From positions 1 through 38,439 of the forward strand of contig CAYITJ010000006.1 in NCBI GenBank assembly GCA_964366435.1: a DNA stretch of 38,439 nucleotides, written 5' to 3'. How positions within the stretch are numbered: position 1 is the stretch's first letter; the number at the start of each line of letters is the position of its first letter. This document shows, in pieces, positions 26,058 to 34,154 of the stretch. The stretch comes from an uncultured Candidatus Saccharibacteria bacterium (GTDB lineage Bacteria > Patescibacteriota > Minisyncoccia > Phycocordibacterales > Phycocordibacteraceae). The notes under the pieces are model-generated. The model saw only the letters and a program-made list of their open reading frames with translations. It made no database searches and was not told the origin of the DNA. The position numbers were made by a program, and so were the translations under genes.

Positions 26058-27359
26058 CTACTTCCCTTTTGTTAGAAACTCCACCGCACGCACCATCTGA
26101 GGGTCCTTCCCAGCCTTAGCGTCCTCTCCGGTACGCTCCACTACTACGTCAGGAGCAAGCCCTCCGTCAGAAATAGACTTGCCACTTGGGGTGAGCCAAC
26201 GCGCGATAGTCACCTTGAGCGCGCCGCCATCAATATCAATCAATTCTTGTACTGAACCCTTACCAAATGAGCGCGTGCCTACGAGCGTCGCAATCTTTCC
26301 ATCTTGGAGTGCTCCTGCAAGAATCTCAGACGCTGACGCAGAGCCCTTGTCAATAAGTACGACCACCTTGCTACCCTCTGGAATGCCACCGGTACCGCGA
26401 CTACGGTGCTCGTTGTTTGGCTCCTTACCCTTGTAGTCCTCCGTCACAATAAGCGTGCCCTCGGGGAGGAAGTGGCTTGCCATAGACACTGCTGAAGAGA
26501 GGTACCCACCAGGGTTTCCACGCACGTCTAGAATCAAGAGACGAGAACCCGACGCACGGTACGCTGCAAGTGCCTTATCAAAGAGCGCGTTTGAAGTAGC
26601 AGTGAACTCGTAGATAGAGATGGTGAACACGCCCGTAGCAGCGTCGTACTTGTGCTCGATGGTAGGCACGGCGATAGTATCGCGCACCACCTTCACATCA
26701 AGCACTGCGCCCTCACGCATGATTTTAAGTTCTACCGTCGTGCCCTTCTTTCCGCGAATTTGCTTCACTGCCCCATCAATGGTGATGCCGTCGGTAGATG
26801 TGCCGTCAATGGCGATGATCGTATCTCCCGCCAAAAGTCCCGCGCGTTCTGCAGGCGTACCCTTAAGGGGCGCAATGATAGTGAGCGCCTTGTCCTTAAT
26901 GCCCATTTCCATACCAACACCCCCAAACTCGCCCGAGATAGTCTCTTGGAATGCCTGCGCCTCCTGTGGTGGCATAAACACGGTGTACGGGTCACCGAAT
27001 GAATCAGTCATACCCGCAATGGCACCCCACAACTTCTCCTTGGTGGTTGGCGCACTTGAGGTGCCGTGCGTCTCTACGAAGCGAGTATCAAGAGCATTCC
27101 ACGCTTTCCAAAACGTAGAGAAATCCGCCGACGGGTCTGGTGTCGCATCAAGCGAGTCGCCAATAATCGGAATGTTTGAAAGTGAGTACGCACTACCCGA
27201 AGCACCTACTTTAAGGCCCCCGGCAAATCCGACAACGAGTACGAGCGCAAAGATAGCTGCCGTGCGCACGATGTGCGGCACGCGCGGACGATACGGGGAG
27301 GGCGCGAACGCCTCGTCGGTAAGCTGCTCTTCGTCTACTAAATGTGGGTCGCGCTCCAT
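26058..27359 (-). CDS. ctpA: S41 C-terminal processing peptidase with PDZ domain
   Basis: GDPYT, PDZ (GVGMEMG..PAERAGL), LDVRGNPGG, SASASEILAGAL, SFGKGSVQ. Start codon uncertain. Confidence 0.92.
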   Translation of the reverse strand: MERDPHLVDEEQLTDEAFAPSPYRPRVPHIVRTAAIFALVLVVGFAGGLKVGASGSAYSLSNIPIIGDSLDATPDPSADFSTFWKAWNALDTRFVETHGTSSAPTTKEKLWGAIAGMTDSFGDPYTVFMPPQEAQAFQETISGEFGGVGMEMGIKDKALTIIAPLKGTPAERAGLLAGDTIIAIDGTSTDGITIDGAVKQIRGKKGTTVELKIMREGAVLDVKVVRDTIAVPTIEHKYDAATGVFTISIYEFTATSNALFDKALAAYRASGSRLLILDVRGNPGGYLSSAVSMASHFLPEGTLIVTEDYKGKEPNNEHRSRGTGGIPEGSKVVVLIDKGSASASEILAGALQDGKIATLVGTRSFGKGSVQELIDIDGGALKVTIARWLTPSGKSISDGGLAPDVVVERTGEDAKAGKDPQMVRAVEFLTKGK

Positions 27360-27450
27360 AGATATACCCATACTACCATCAGTCGTATACATTCTTCTAC
27401 TGTGAGTAGCGACCAGTATCACTGCGCGCGGGGGCTATACTAATGGAAGC

Positions 27451-28368
27451 ATGATGACGCGACACACCCGAGGCAAAGTGACCTGGATTGACCTAGAGTC
27501 TCCTACCCACCAAGAGTTAAATGCGGTAATGGAGGAGTTCAACATTAACTCTCGCATTGAGGACGAGATTATTTCTCCTACTCCCTACCCCATCAGCATC
27601 ACCTTCCCTGACTATGAATACATGGTGCTGCATTTCCCTACCGCAGGAGGCGCTGAAGGTACCCGCACGCAGGAGGTGGACTTCATTGTTGGCAAACACT
27701 TTCTCATTACCGCGCGCTACGAAGTAGTGGAGTCGCTCCACAGCTTGCACCGCGTGTTTGAAGCAGAAGAGCTGCTTGGTGTTCCTGACAAGGACCTCTC
27801 TACGCAAGTGCTGGTAGAGCAATCACTCCGTAGACTCTACGCGGCCATTAGTGGCGAGGCCGAGCGCCTCCTGCGTGCGCTTGAACGCATTGAAGACGAC
27901 ATCTTCTCTGGAAAGGAGCGCGCCACCGTGCGTTCCATTTCTGAAGTAAGTCGCATTCTGCTTAAATTTGATACTGTCCTTACTCGCCACAAGGAACCAC
28001 TCACAGAGTTTTTGACCGAGCTTCAGTCCAGCAATTTCTTCGGCAAGCAGTTTGCGGAATATGCCTCTCGCATTGAGGCTGAGCGCGAGCACGCAGCGTC
28101 CATTGTGGCTTCCTACCGCGCGGTAGCCAGCGAACTTCGCATTACCAACGACTCCCTTCTCTCAGCTGCACAGAACGAAATCATGAAGCAGCTCACCATC
28201 ATGTCCTTCATCATCCTTCCACTTACACTTATCACCGGAGTGTTCGGCATGAACGTAGAGACTATGCCTATTGTGCACACCGCAGAGGCCTTCTGGGTGA
28301 TTCTCGCTCTCATGACAACACTCATTGTGCTCTTTTTCGGCTTCTTCAAATGGAAGCGTTGGTTCTAG
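27451..28368 (+). CDS. corA: CorA-family Mg2+/Co2+ transporter
   Basis: WIDL N-terminus; NEIMKQLT..PLTLITGVFGMN (GMN motif); two C-terminal TM segments. Confidence 0.9.
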   Translation: MMTRHTRGKVTWIDLESPTHQELNAVMEEFNINSRIEDEIISPTPYPISITFPDYEYMVLHFPTAGGAEGTRTQEVDFIVGKHFLITARYEVVESLHSLHRVFEAEELLGVPDKDLSTQVLVEQSLRRLYAAISGEAERLLRALERIEDDIFSGKERATVRSISEVSRILLKFDTVLTRHKEPLTEFLTELQSSNFFGKQFAEYASRIEAEREHAASIVASYRAVASELRITNDSLLSAAQNEIMKQLTIMSFIILPLTLITGVFGMNVETMPIVHTAEAFWVILALMTTLIVLFFGFFKWKRWF

Positions 28369-28393
28369 TGGCTGCCCTGCTATAGTTATAGCC

Positions 28394-29869
28394 ATGGCTT
28401 GGTTTCCTGTATTTTGGCGTCGCCCTGATTCGCACACGGTAAGCAGCGCGCCCATTCTCCTTAGCAACACACTCACCGGAAAGAAGGAGATATTCACTCC
28501 GCACAAGGCGGGCGTCGCTACGCTCTATTCCTGCGGTCCTACGGTGTATTCGAAAGCACAGATTGGAAACCTGCGCGCCTATGTATTCGCCGACACACTT
28601 TCGCGCATGCTTTCGCAGGCGGGCTACCGGGTACGGCGCGTGATAAACATCACCGACGTTGGACACCTCGTCTCAGACGCAGACGAGGGCGAGGACAAGA
28701 TGCTGGTGGGTAGTGCGCGTGAAGGGTTGTCTGCAGAGGACATAGCACTCAAATACACCAACCTGTTTATGACTGACCTGGCACTCCTTGGCATCGACGT
28801 GTCTGACATCCGCTTCCCAAAGGCGACCGAGTATATCCCCGAGCAGATTGCCCTCACCAAGGAGCTCGAGAACAAGGGGCACACCTACCGCACGAGCGAC
28901 GGCATATACTTCGATACCTCCTCTTTCCCGGGATACGACGTGTTTGGTACTCACGGCAAGCATTCCACCAAGGAAGCCGCGGTCGCAGACATCGGGCGAC
29001 GAATTACCCTTAACAAGGAGAAGCGCTCCCCAGCAGACTTTGCACTCTGGCGTTTTAGTACTCCAAGCAGCGCCCGCCTGCAGGAATGGGACAGCCCGTG
29101 GGGTCGCGGGTTCCCTGGCTGGCATGTTGAGTGCTCTGCTATGGCGCGTGCCCTCTTAGGTCAGCCAATAGATATTCATACGGGTGGGGTTGATCACATT
29201 CCCGTGCATCACACCAACGAGATAGCGCAGTCGCAAGCTGCCTATGGCACTCCCCTTGCGCGCTACTGGATGCACCAGGCATTCCTCACCATAGACGGCA
29301 CCAAAGTATCAAAATCGCTTGGTAACGACGTGTATCTTGCAGATATTGCCGACCGCGGGTACCACCCACTTGCGCTGCGCTACTTCTTCCTCCAGGCGCA
29401 CTACAGCTCGAGCGTATCGTTTACCTGGGACGCCCTTGCCGCAAGTGATGAGGCACTGAAGAGACTCTGGCGCCTCTCTCGCGATGCGCGCGCACTCTCA
29501 AGCGAAAAGCGGCAGGCAAACGAAGTGAGCCGACGCATCATGGCACTCGTACGAGACGACCTCGCTACCCCGCAAGCGCTTGCGCTCCTGTGGGAGACAG
29601 TGAAAGACGACGAGATTCCTCCGGCCCAGCTGTGGGACTCTATATGCGTTGCTGAGGAAGTGTTTGGACTTCGCCTTACCAATCCACCAGCCGTGCAAGC
29701 ACCCGCGCCCCTTCCAGAGGATATACAGGCACTTGTTATCGAGCGTGATGCTGCCAGAGAAGTGCGCGACTTTACCCGCTCTGACGAGCTTCGTATCCAC
29801 ATACAGAACAGGGGATATCTTGTGGAAGACTCGCCTTCTGGGACGGTGGTCACCAAGGGACGAGGTTGA
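28394..29869 (+). CDS. cysS: Cysteine--tRNA ligase
   Basis: CGPTVY, QIGN, NITDVGH, DFALW, PGWHVECS, DIHTGG, KVSKSLGN. Start ATG 28394. Confidence 0.96.
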   Translation: MAWFPVFWRRPDSHTVSSAPILLSNTLTGKKEIFTPHKAGVATLYSCGPTVYSKAQIGNLRAYVFADTLSRMLSQAGYRVRRVINITDVGHLVSDADEGEDKMLVGSAREGLSAEDIALKYTNLFMTDLALLGIDVSDIRFPKATEYIPEQIALTKELENKGHTYRTSDGIYFDTSSFPGYDVFGTHGKHSTKEAAVADIGRRITLNKEKRSPADFALWRFSTPSSARLQEWDSPWGRGFPGWHVECSAMARALLGQPIDIHTGGVDHIPVHHTNEIAQSQAAYGTPLARYWMHQAFLTIDGTKVSKSLGNDVYLADIADRGYHPLALRYFFLQAHYSSSVSFTWDALAASDEALKRLWRLSRDARALSSEKRQANEVSRRIMALVRDDLATPQALALLWETVKDDEIPPAQLWDSICVAEEVFGLRLTNPPAVQAPAPLPEDIQALVIERDAAREVRDFTRSDELRIHIQNRGYLVEDSPSGTVVTKGRG

Positions 29870-29881
29870 TAGACTAGGGGT

Positions 29882-31243
29882 ATGAGCACCCCCGTGAACC
29901 GTATTCCGCCGCAAAGTCTAGACGCAGAGCGAGCACTTCTCGGTGCACTCCTTTTGAAGCCTGACGCGATTCACGACATCTCGGACCTCGTAAAGCCCGA
30001 TTCGTTTTATGCAGAGAAGCATCGGCTGATTTACGAGGCGATGCGCGAGCTTACTGAGCGTGGCGAGCCTATCGATATGCTTTCGCTTGGCGAGCGTCTA
30101 CAGTCAAAAAGTTTGCTCGAGCGTGTGGGCGGCCGTGCCTACATTGCAGAACTTGCCGGCCAAGCTCCCTCCCCCGGCAACTTCAGCCACTATGCTGACC
30201 TCGTGTCGCGCAAGCACCTCATGCGCTCACTTATTGATGTGACCTACGACATAACGGAGTCAGCGTACGACGAGGCACGCGATCCTATTGAAGTGCTCGA
30301 CACTGCTGAGAAGTCCGTATTCGCTATTTCTAATTCATCGACGAGCCACAAGTTTATCGCCATCAAGGATAAGCTCGACGCTACCTGGGACCGCATTGAG
30401 CACATGTCCAAGAATCAGGACGTGGTGCGTGGTACACCAACCGGCTTCCCCGAGCTCGATAACCTACTCTCTGGTCTTCACCCTTCCGACCTCATCATTT
30501 TGGCCGCACGCCCGTCTGTGGGTAAGACATCCTTTGCGCTTGATATTGCGCGCAACACCGCTATTCGCCACAACACACCAGTGGGCATCTTCTCGCTTGA
30601 AATGAGCTCGGAGCAGATTATTGACCGTATGCTTTCCGCAGAGAGTTATGTTAATTCTTGGAAGATTCGCACGGGTGCCGTGAACGATGAGCAGGACTTT
30701 AGTCGCATTCGCGACGCGCTTGAGAGCCTATCAAAGGCGCCTATCTATATTGATGACAAGCCGGGCAACAACATTCTCTCCATGCGTGCGGTGGCGCGTC
30801 GTCTAAAGCGCGAGCAAGGTATCGGTCTTATCATCGTGGACTACCTTCAGCTTATGTCGCCAACGACAACCAAGCAGTCGGATTCCATGGTGCAACAGGT
30901 GACCGAAATCTCTCGCTCCCTAAAGGCACTCGCCCGTGAACTTGAGGTGCCCGTACTTGCTCTCTCACAGCTCTCTCGTGCCGTGGAGCAGCGCGGTGGA
31001 AAGCCCCGCCTCTCCGACCTCCGCGACTCTGGTTCCATCGAGCAGGACGCGGACGTGGTGATGTTCATTCACCGCGAGGACCGTACCAATCACGAAAGTG
31101 ACCGCAAGAACATCGCAGAGATTTTGATTGAGAAGCACCGTAACGGCCCAACCGGCCATGTTGAGCTCTACTTTGACGATAAGCGCACGAGCTTTATGTC
31201 TATGGAGAAGTCGGGGTATGGCGACTTGGGTGGTGAGTTTTAA
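29882..31243 (+). CDS. dnaB: Replicative DNA helicase
   Basis: PPQSLDAE, AARPSVGKT (Walker A), FSLEMS, VDYLQL, LSQLSR, DLRDSGSIEQDAD, KHRNGPTG. Confidence 0.97.
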   Translation: MSTPVNRIPPQSLDAERALLGALLLKPDAIHDISDLVKPDSFYAEKHRLIYEAMRELTERGEPIDMLSLGERLQSKSLLERVGGRAYIAELAGQAPSPGNFSHYADLVSRKHLMRSLIDVTYDITESAYDEARDPIEVLDTAEKSVFAISNSSTSHKFIAIKDKLDATWDRIEHMSKNQDVVRGTPTGFPELDNLLSGLHPSDLIILAARPSVGKTSFALDIARNTAIRHNTPVGIFSLEMSSEQIIDRMLSAESYVNSWKIRTGAVNDEQDFSRIRDALESLSKAPIYIDDKPGNNILSMRAVARRLKREQGIGLIIVDYLQLMSPTTTKQSDSMVQQVTEISRSLKALARELEVPVLALSQLSRAVEQRGGKPRLSDLRDSGSIEQDADVVMFIHREDRTNHESDRKNIAEILIEKHRNGPTGHVELYFDDKRTSFMSMEKSGYGDLGGEF

Positions 31244-31270
31244 TTCATATTTATGTATTTACAGACAACG

Positions 31271-31402
31271 GAGTCGGTACGAAACTATGAGGGCTCTCGC
31301 AGCTGCAGCAGCATGGTAATTCCTGAGCTGAAGAGGGGCTGCGGCGAGAGTGAGAGCGTTTTGCCGCTGGGCAAAGCGACTCGTATCCCAGAGAGTCGTA
31401 CC
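31271..31402 (+). other. Structured intergenic element upstream of recR
   Basis: Nested inverted repeats GGTACGA/TCGTACC, CTCTCGC/GCGAGAG, CGTTTTGCC/GGCAAAGCG. Confidence 0.45.
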
Positions 31403-31412
31403 ACGGAGTACT

Positions 31413-32018
31413 ATGTCTGATCGCATTGAAGACCTTGCACGTGCCTTTGAACGTTTCCCTGGTATAGGGCCACGCCAAGCCAGGCGCTTTGTCTATCACC
31501 TACTCCAAACAAGCCCCTTTGACCGCTCACGCCTTGCTGACCTTATTGCACACGTAAGCGACGACATTCACCAGTGCACTATGTGCATGCGCTTTGCCCC
31601 TACTGAGACTGACGGCCTGTGCGCATACTGCAACGACCGCTCGCGCGACGACACCATGCTCATGGTGCTTGAGAAGGACCAAGACCTGCTTGCGGTTGAG
31701 CGCGCAGGCGCATATCGTGGGCGTTACTTTGTGCTTGGTGGTGTGATTACCCTCTCAGGCAAGGGGCAGATTCGTGAGCGCGAATTAATCCGTGTTGTAG
31801 AGGCACGTAGCAAGCAAGGCCTCGCCGAAATTGTTCTAGCACTCTCAGCTACAAGTGAGGGCGAGCATACTGCTGACCGCGTGCGCGATTTACTCTCACC
31901 TCTTCGTGGCCCTCTCAAGCTCTCAGAGCTTGGTCGCGGGCTTGCCACGGGAAGCGAGCTTGAGTATGCCGACGGCCCGACACTCACGAGCGCGCTCCAC
32001 AACCGCAAGGAGACCTAA
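31413..32018 (+). CDS. recR: Recombination mediator RecR
   Basis: FPGIGPRQA (HhH), C4 zinc finger CTMC..CAYC, YRGRYFVLGG, EGEHTA, ELEYAD. Confidence 0.95.
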   Translation: MSDRIEDLARAFERFPGIGPRQARRFVYHLLQTSPFDRSRLADLIAHVSDDIHQCTMCMRFAPTETDGLCAYCNDRSRDDTMLMVLEKDQDLLAVERAGAYRGRYFVLGGVITLSGKGQIRERELIRVVEARSKQGLAEIVLALSATSEGEHTADRVRDLLSPLRGPLKLSELGRGLATGSELEYADGPTLTSALHNRKET

Positions 32019-32048
32019 ACGAAACGCGGTCGGCTGCTAGCCGACCGC

Positions 32049-32180
32049 TCATTCCAAATACTTCCGCAACCGGTAGAACTGAAATTCGACCCAGCCCACA
32101 AAGACCGGACCTGCGAACAACAGCATCACACCAGCATACTTGCCGAGCAGTACCCATGCAGGGGTTTCTTTATCAGCCAT
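32049..32180 (-). CDS. Small membrane protein (43 aa, not in the ORF track)
   Basis: MADKETPAWVLLGKYAGVMLLFAGPVFVGWVEFQFYRLRKYLE*; SD GAGAGGAA; TTGACT-16-TATGCT promoter; hairpin 32026-32048 right after the stop. Confidence 0.65.
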   Translation of the reverse strand: MADKETPAWVLLGKYAGVMLLFAGPVFVGWVEFQFYRLRKYLE

Positions 32181-32237
32181 TGGAGTTCCTCTCGAGACCT
32201 GGACTACCTGTCAGCATAGTCGTACTGCCTATAAAGT

Positions 32238-32263
32238 CAAAACCCGCCGTGAGGCGGGTTTTG
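32238..32263 (-). terminator. rplU terminator
   Basis: CAAAACCCGCC-GTGA-GGCGGGTTTTG. Confidence 0.8.
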
Positions 32264-32269
32264 CTTGTC

Positions 32270-32602
32270 TTACGAAACCTTGTCGATCTTAACCTTAATC
32301 TCAGGCTGGCGGTGTCCGCGGCGCTTTAGGTAGTTGCTCTTTGCCTTGTACTTCACCACATCAATCTTCTTTGCGCGACCAACTGAGTACACCGTAGCAG
32401 TGACGGCCTTACCAGCGATGGTAGGAGCTCCCACGGTGGTCTTCTTGCCGTCATCGGTAAGTAGTACCTCAGAGAAGGTGACGGTATCACCCTTCTTCAC
32501 CTCCTGTGTAGCGGCACCACGACCAAGCTTCTCAATAGTAACGAGAGCTCCGGGGGTGACCACGTACTGCTTGCCTCCTGTCTTAATAACGGCGTATTCC
32601 AT
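32270..32602 (-). CDS. rplU: 50S ribosomal protein L21
   Basis: MEYAVIKTGGKQY..KRRGHRQ. Start ATG 32602. Confidence 0.97.
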   Translation of the reverse strand: MEYAVIKTGGKQYVVTPGALVTIEKLGRGAATQEVKKGDTVTFSEVLLTDDGKKTTVGAPTIAGKAVTATVYSVGRAKKIDVVKYKAKSNYLKRRGHRQPEIKVKIDKVS

Positions 32603-32692
32603 AGATACTGCGTATTCTAGCGGTTTATAGAAAAAAAGCAAGCAACTACGCTGAAGGCCGCTCCCCCGTGGGAGCGGCCTGGTGGCTTTGGG

Positions 32693-33001
32693 CTAGGTCT
32701 CGTATCGGCCCATGTCTAGGCCCTCCTTCTTCTTGTACCGCTTGCGGGCTGGCGTGTCGTAGTTGGGCTTGTATCCAGGCGCTACGCTCGGAGACACACT
32801 CGCCGGCTCAGTCGCCATAGCCCTGACGGGCGGTGCTGACAGAAGCCACCCCAGCGAGAACATAATGAATGCCGCGCCAAGGACAAGTCCGAGCAGCGGA
32901 CGAGTACGCAGGCCGTCACTGCGAAGGCTGTAGAGCCCATCTGCCACAAGCGCCATTCCCACAAGGAGGAGGGCGGCGAGCACTATGCTTATAACAAACA
33001 T
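32693..33001 (-). CDS. Hypothetical two-TM membrane protein
   Basis: Two hydrophobic segments; SD GAGAGGAA; TTGGCG-17-TACTAT; hairpin at ~32656-32681 downstream. Confidence 0.65.
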   Translation of the reverse strand: MFVISIVLAALLLVGMALVADGLYSLRSDGLRTRPLLGLVLGAAFIMFSLGWLLSAPPVRAMATEPASVSPSVAPGYKPNYDTPARKRYKKKEGLDMGRYET

Positions 33002-33094
33002 CTCGTGTTCCTCTCGGGCTAGTGTTGTAGCACCCTAATGAGCACCTTTCTCTATAGTAGCTGACACTTCTATACGCGCCAAAGGACACGAGAA

Positions 33095-34147
33095 CTAATC
33101 ATCAATTCCTGCTCCTGGCTTCTCCAATAGGAGGGACTCAACACCAATCTTCTCTTCGGTGATTCTGTAGACGTCCTTGTCTATCTTGCCGAGCTCTTTG
33201 TAGCCGCTGTTGTAGTGCGATACGGCGGTACCAAGTGCGTTGCCAAGCTTCTTGTAGTACTCCTCGTAGGCGCCCACGTGCTTACCAAGCTCTCCCACGC
33301 GCTTTTGAATATCCAGTGCCTTCTGCTCTATCTGGAGCGCCTTAAGCCCCTGCATGACGGTCTGGAGGTATGCCAAGAACGAGGTTGGTGAGACGATGAT
33401 GACCTTGTACTTACCGCTTGCCCGCTGGATGAGGTTTTCGTCCTCCCCCGCCCCTACCTGGTTAGTAAGTAAGTCGTAGTAAATACCCTCTGATGGAATG
33501 AACATGAACGCAAAGTCCATGGTCCCCTCCTCGGGGCGGATATACTTGGCAGTTTCCTGAATGCGCAGCTTTAGGTCATTCACAAACGCCTTCTCAAGCG
33601 CAACGCGCTCCGCGCCCTCTGCATGAATGTAGCGATTGTAGTTATCAAGCGAGAACTTGGAATCAATCGGCACAATCTTCTTATCAATAAAGACTACGGC
33701 GTCCACAATCTCTCCATTTGGAAACGGGTACTGCATCTGGAACATGCCTGGTGGCAGCACATTCTTAAGCACGGTCTCAAGATAGTACTCACCCAGAATG
33801 CCGCGCTGCTTTGGGTTCTTTAGAATGTCCTGTAAGTTCTTCAGCTGCTCTGCGAATTTCCCCGTCTCGCGGCCAATCTCCTTCACACTCGTAATCTCCT
33901 CAGTGATTTCTTTAATTAAGCGAGACGATTCACCCAGCTGACTGCGCATCGTGTCATGCATCTGACGAGAGGATTCCGCCATACGGGAATCAAGCGAGCG
34001 CTCCAGGCTCTCCAAGCGCTGCATCAACAGAGGAGCAGTCTGGTCTTCCACTTTCTGCTCCTCCTTACGACGAAGCAATAGGTAGAGCCCCACGCCCTGG
34101 AGGAAGAACAGCACGAGTACAATAAGGCCAATGACAAAGGGATCCAT
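33095..34147 (-). CDS. rmuC: DNA recombination protein RmuC
   Basis: N-terminal TM and coiled coil; PKQRGILGE, PIDSKF, DFAFMFIPSEGIY, VSPTSF. Start ATG 34147. Confidence 0.93.
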   Translation of the reverse strand: MDPFVIGLIVLVLFFLQGVGLYLLLRRKEEQKVEDQTAPLLMQRLESLERSLDSRMAESSRQMHDTMRSQLGESSRLIKEITEEITSVKEIGRETGKFAEQLKNLQDILKNPKQRGILGEYYLETVLKNVLPPGMFQMQYPFPNGEIVDAVVFIDKKIVPIDSKFSLDNYNRYIHAEGAERVALEKAFVNDLKLRIQETAKYIRPEEGTMDFAFMFIPSEGIYYDLLTNQVGAGEDENLIQRASGKYKVIIVSPTSFLAYLQTVMQGLKALQIEQKALDIQKRVGELGKHVGAYEEYYKKLGNALGTAVSHYNSGYKELGKIDKDVYRITEEKIGVESLLLEKPGAGIDD

Positions 34148-34154
34148 AGGGTGA

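Noticed and set aside
31271-31402. SRP RNA (often near recR operons)
   Set aside because: No CAGG..GGAA..GCAG domain IV motif on either strand.
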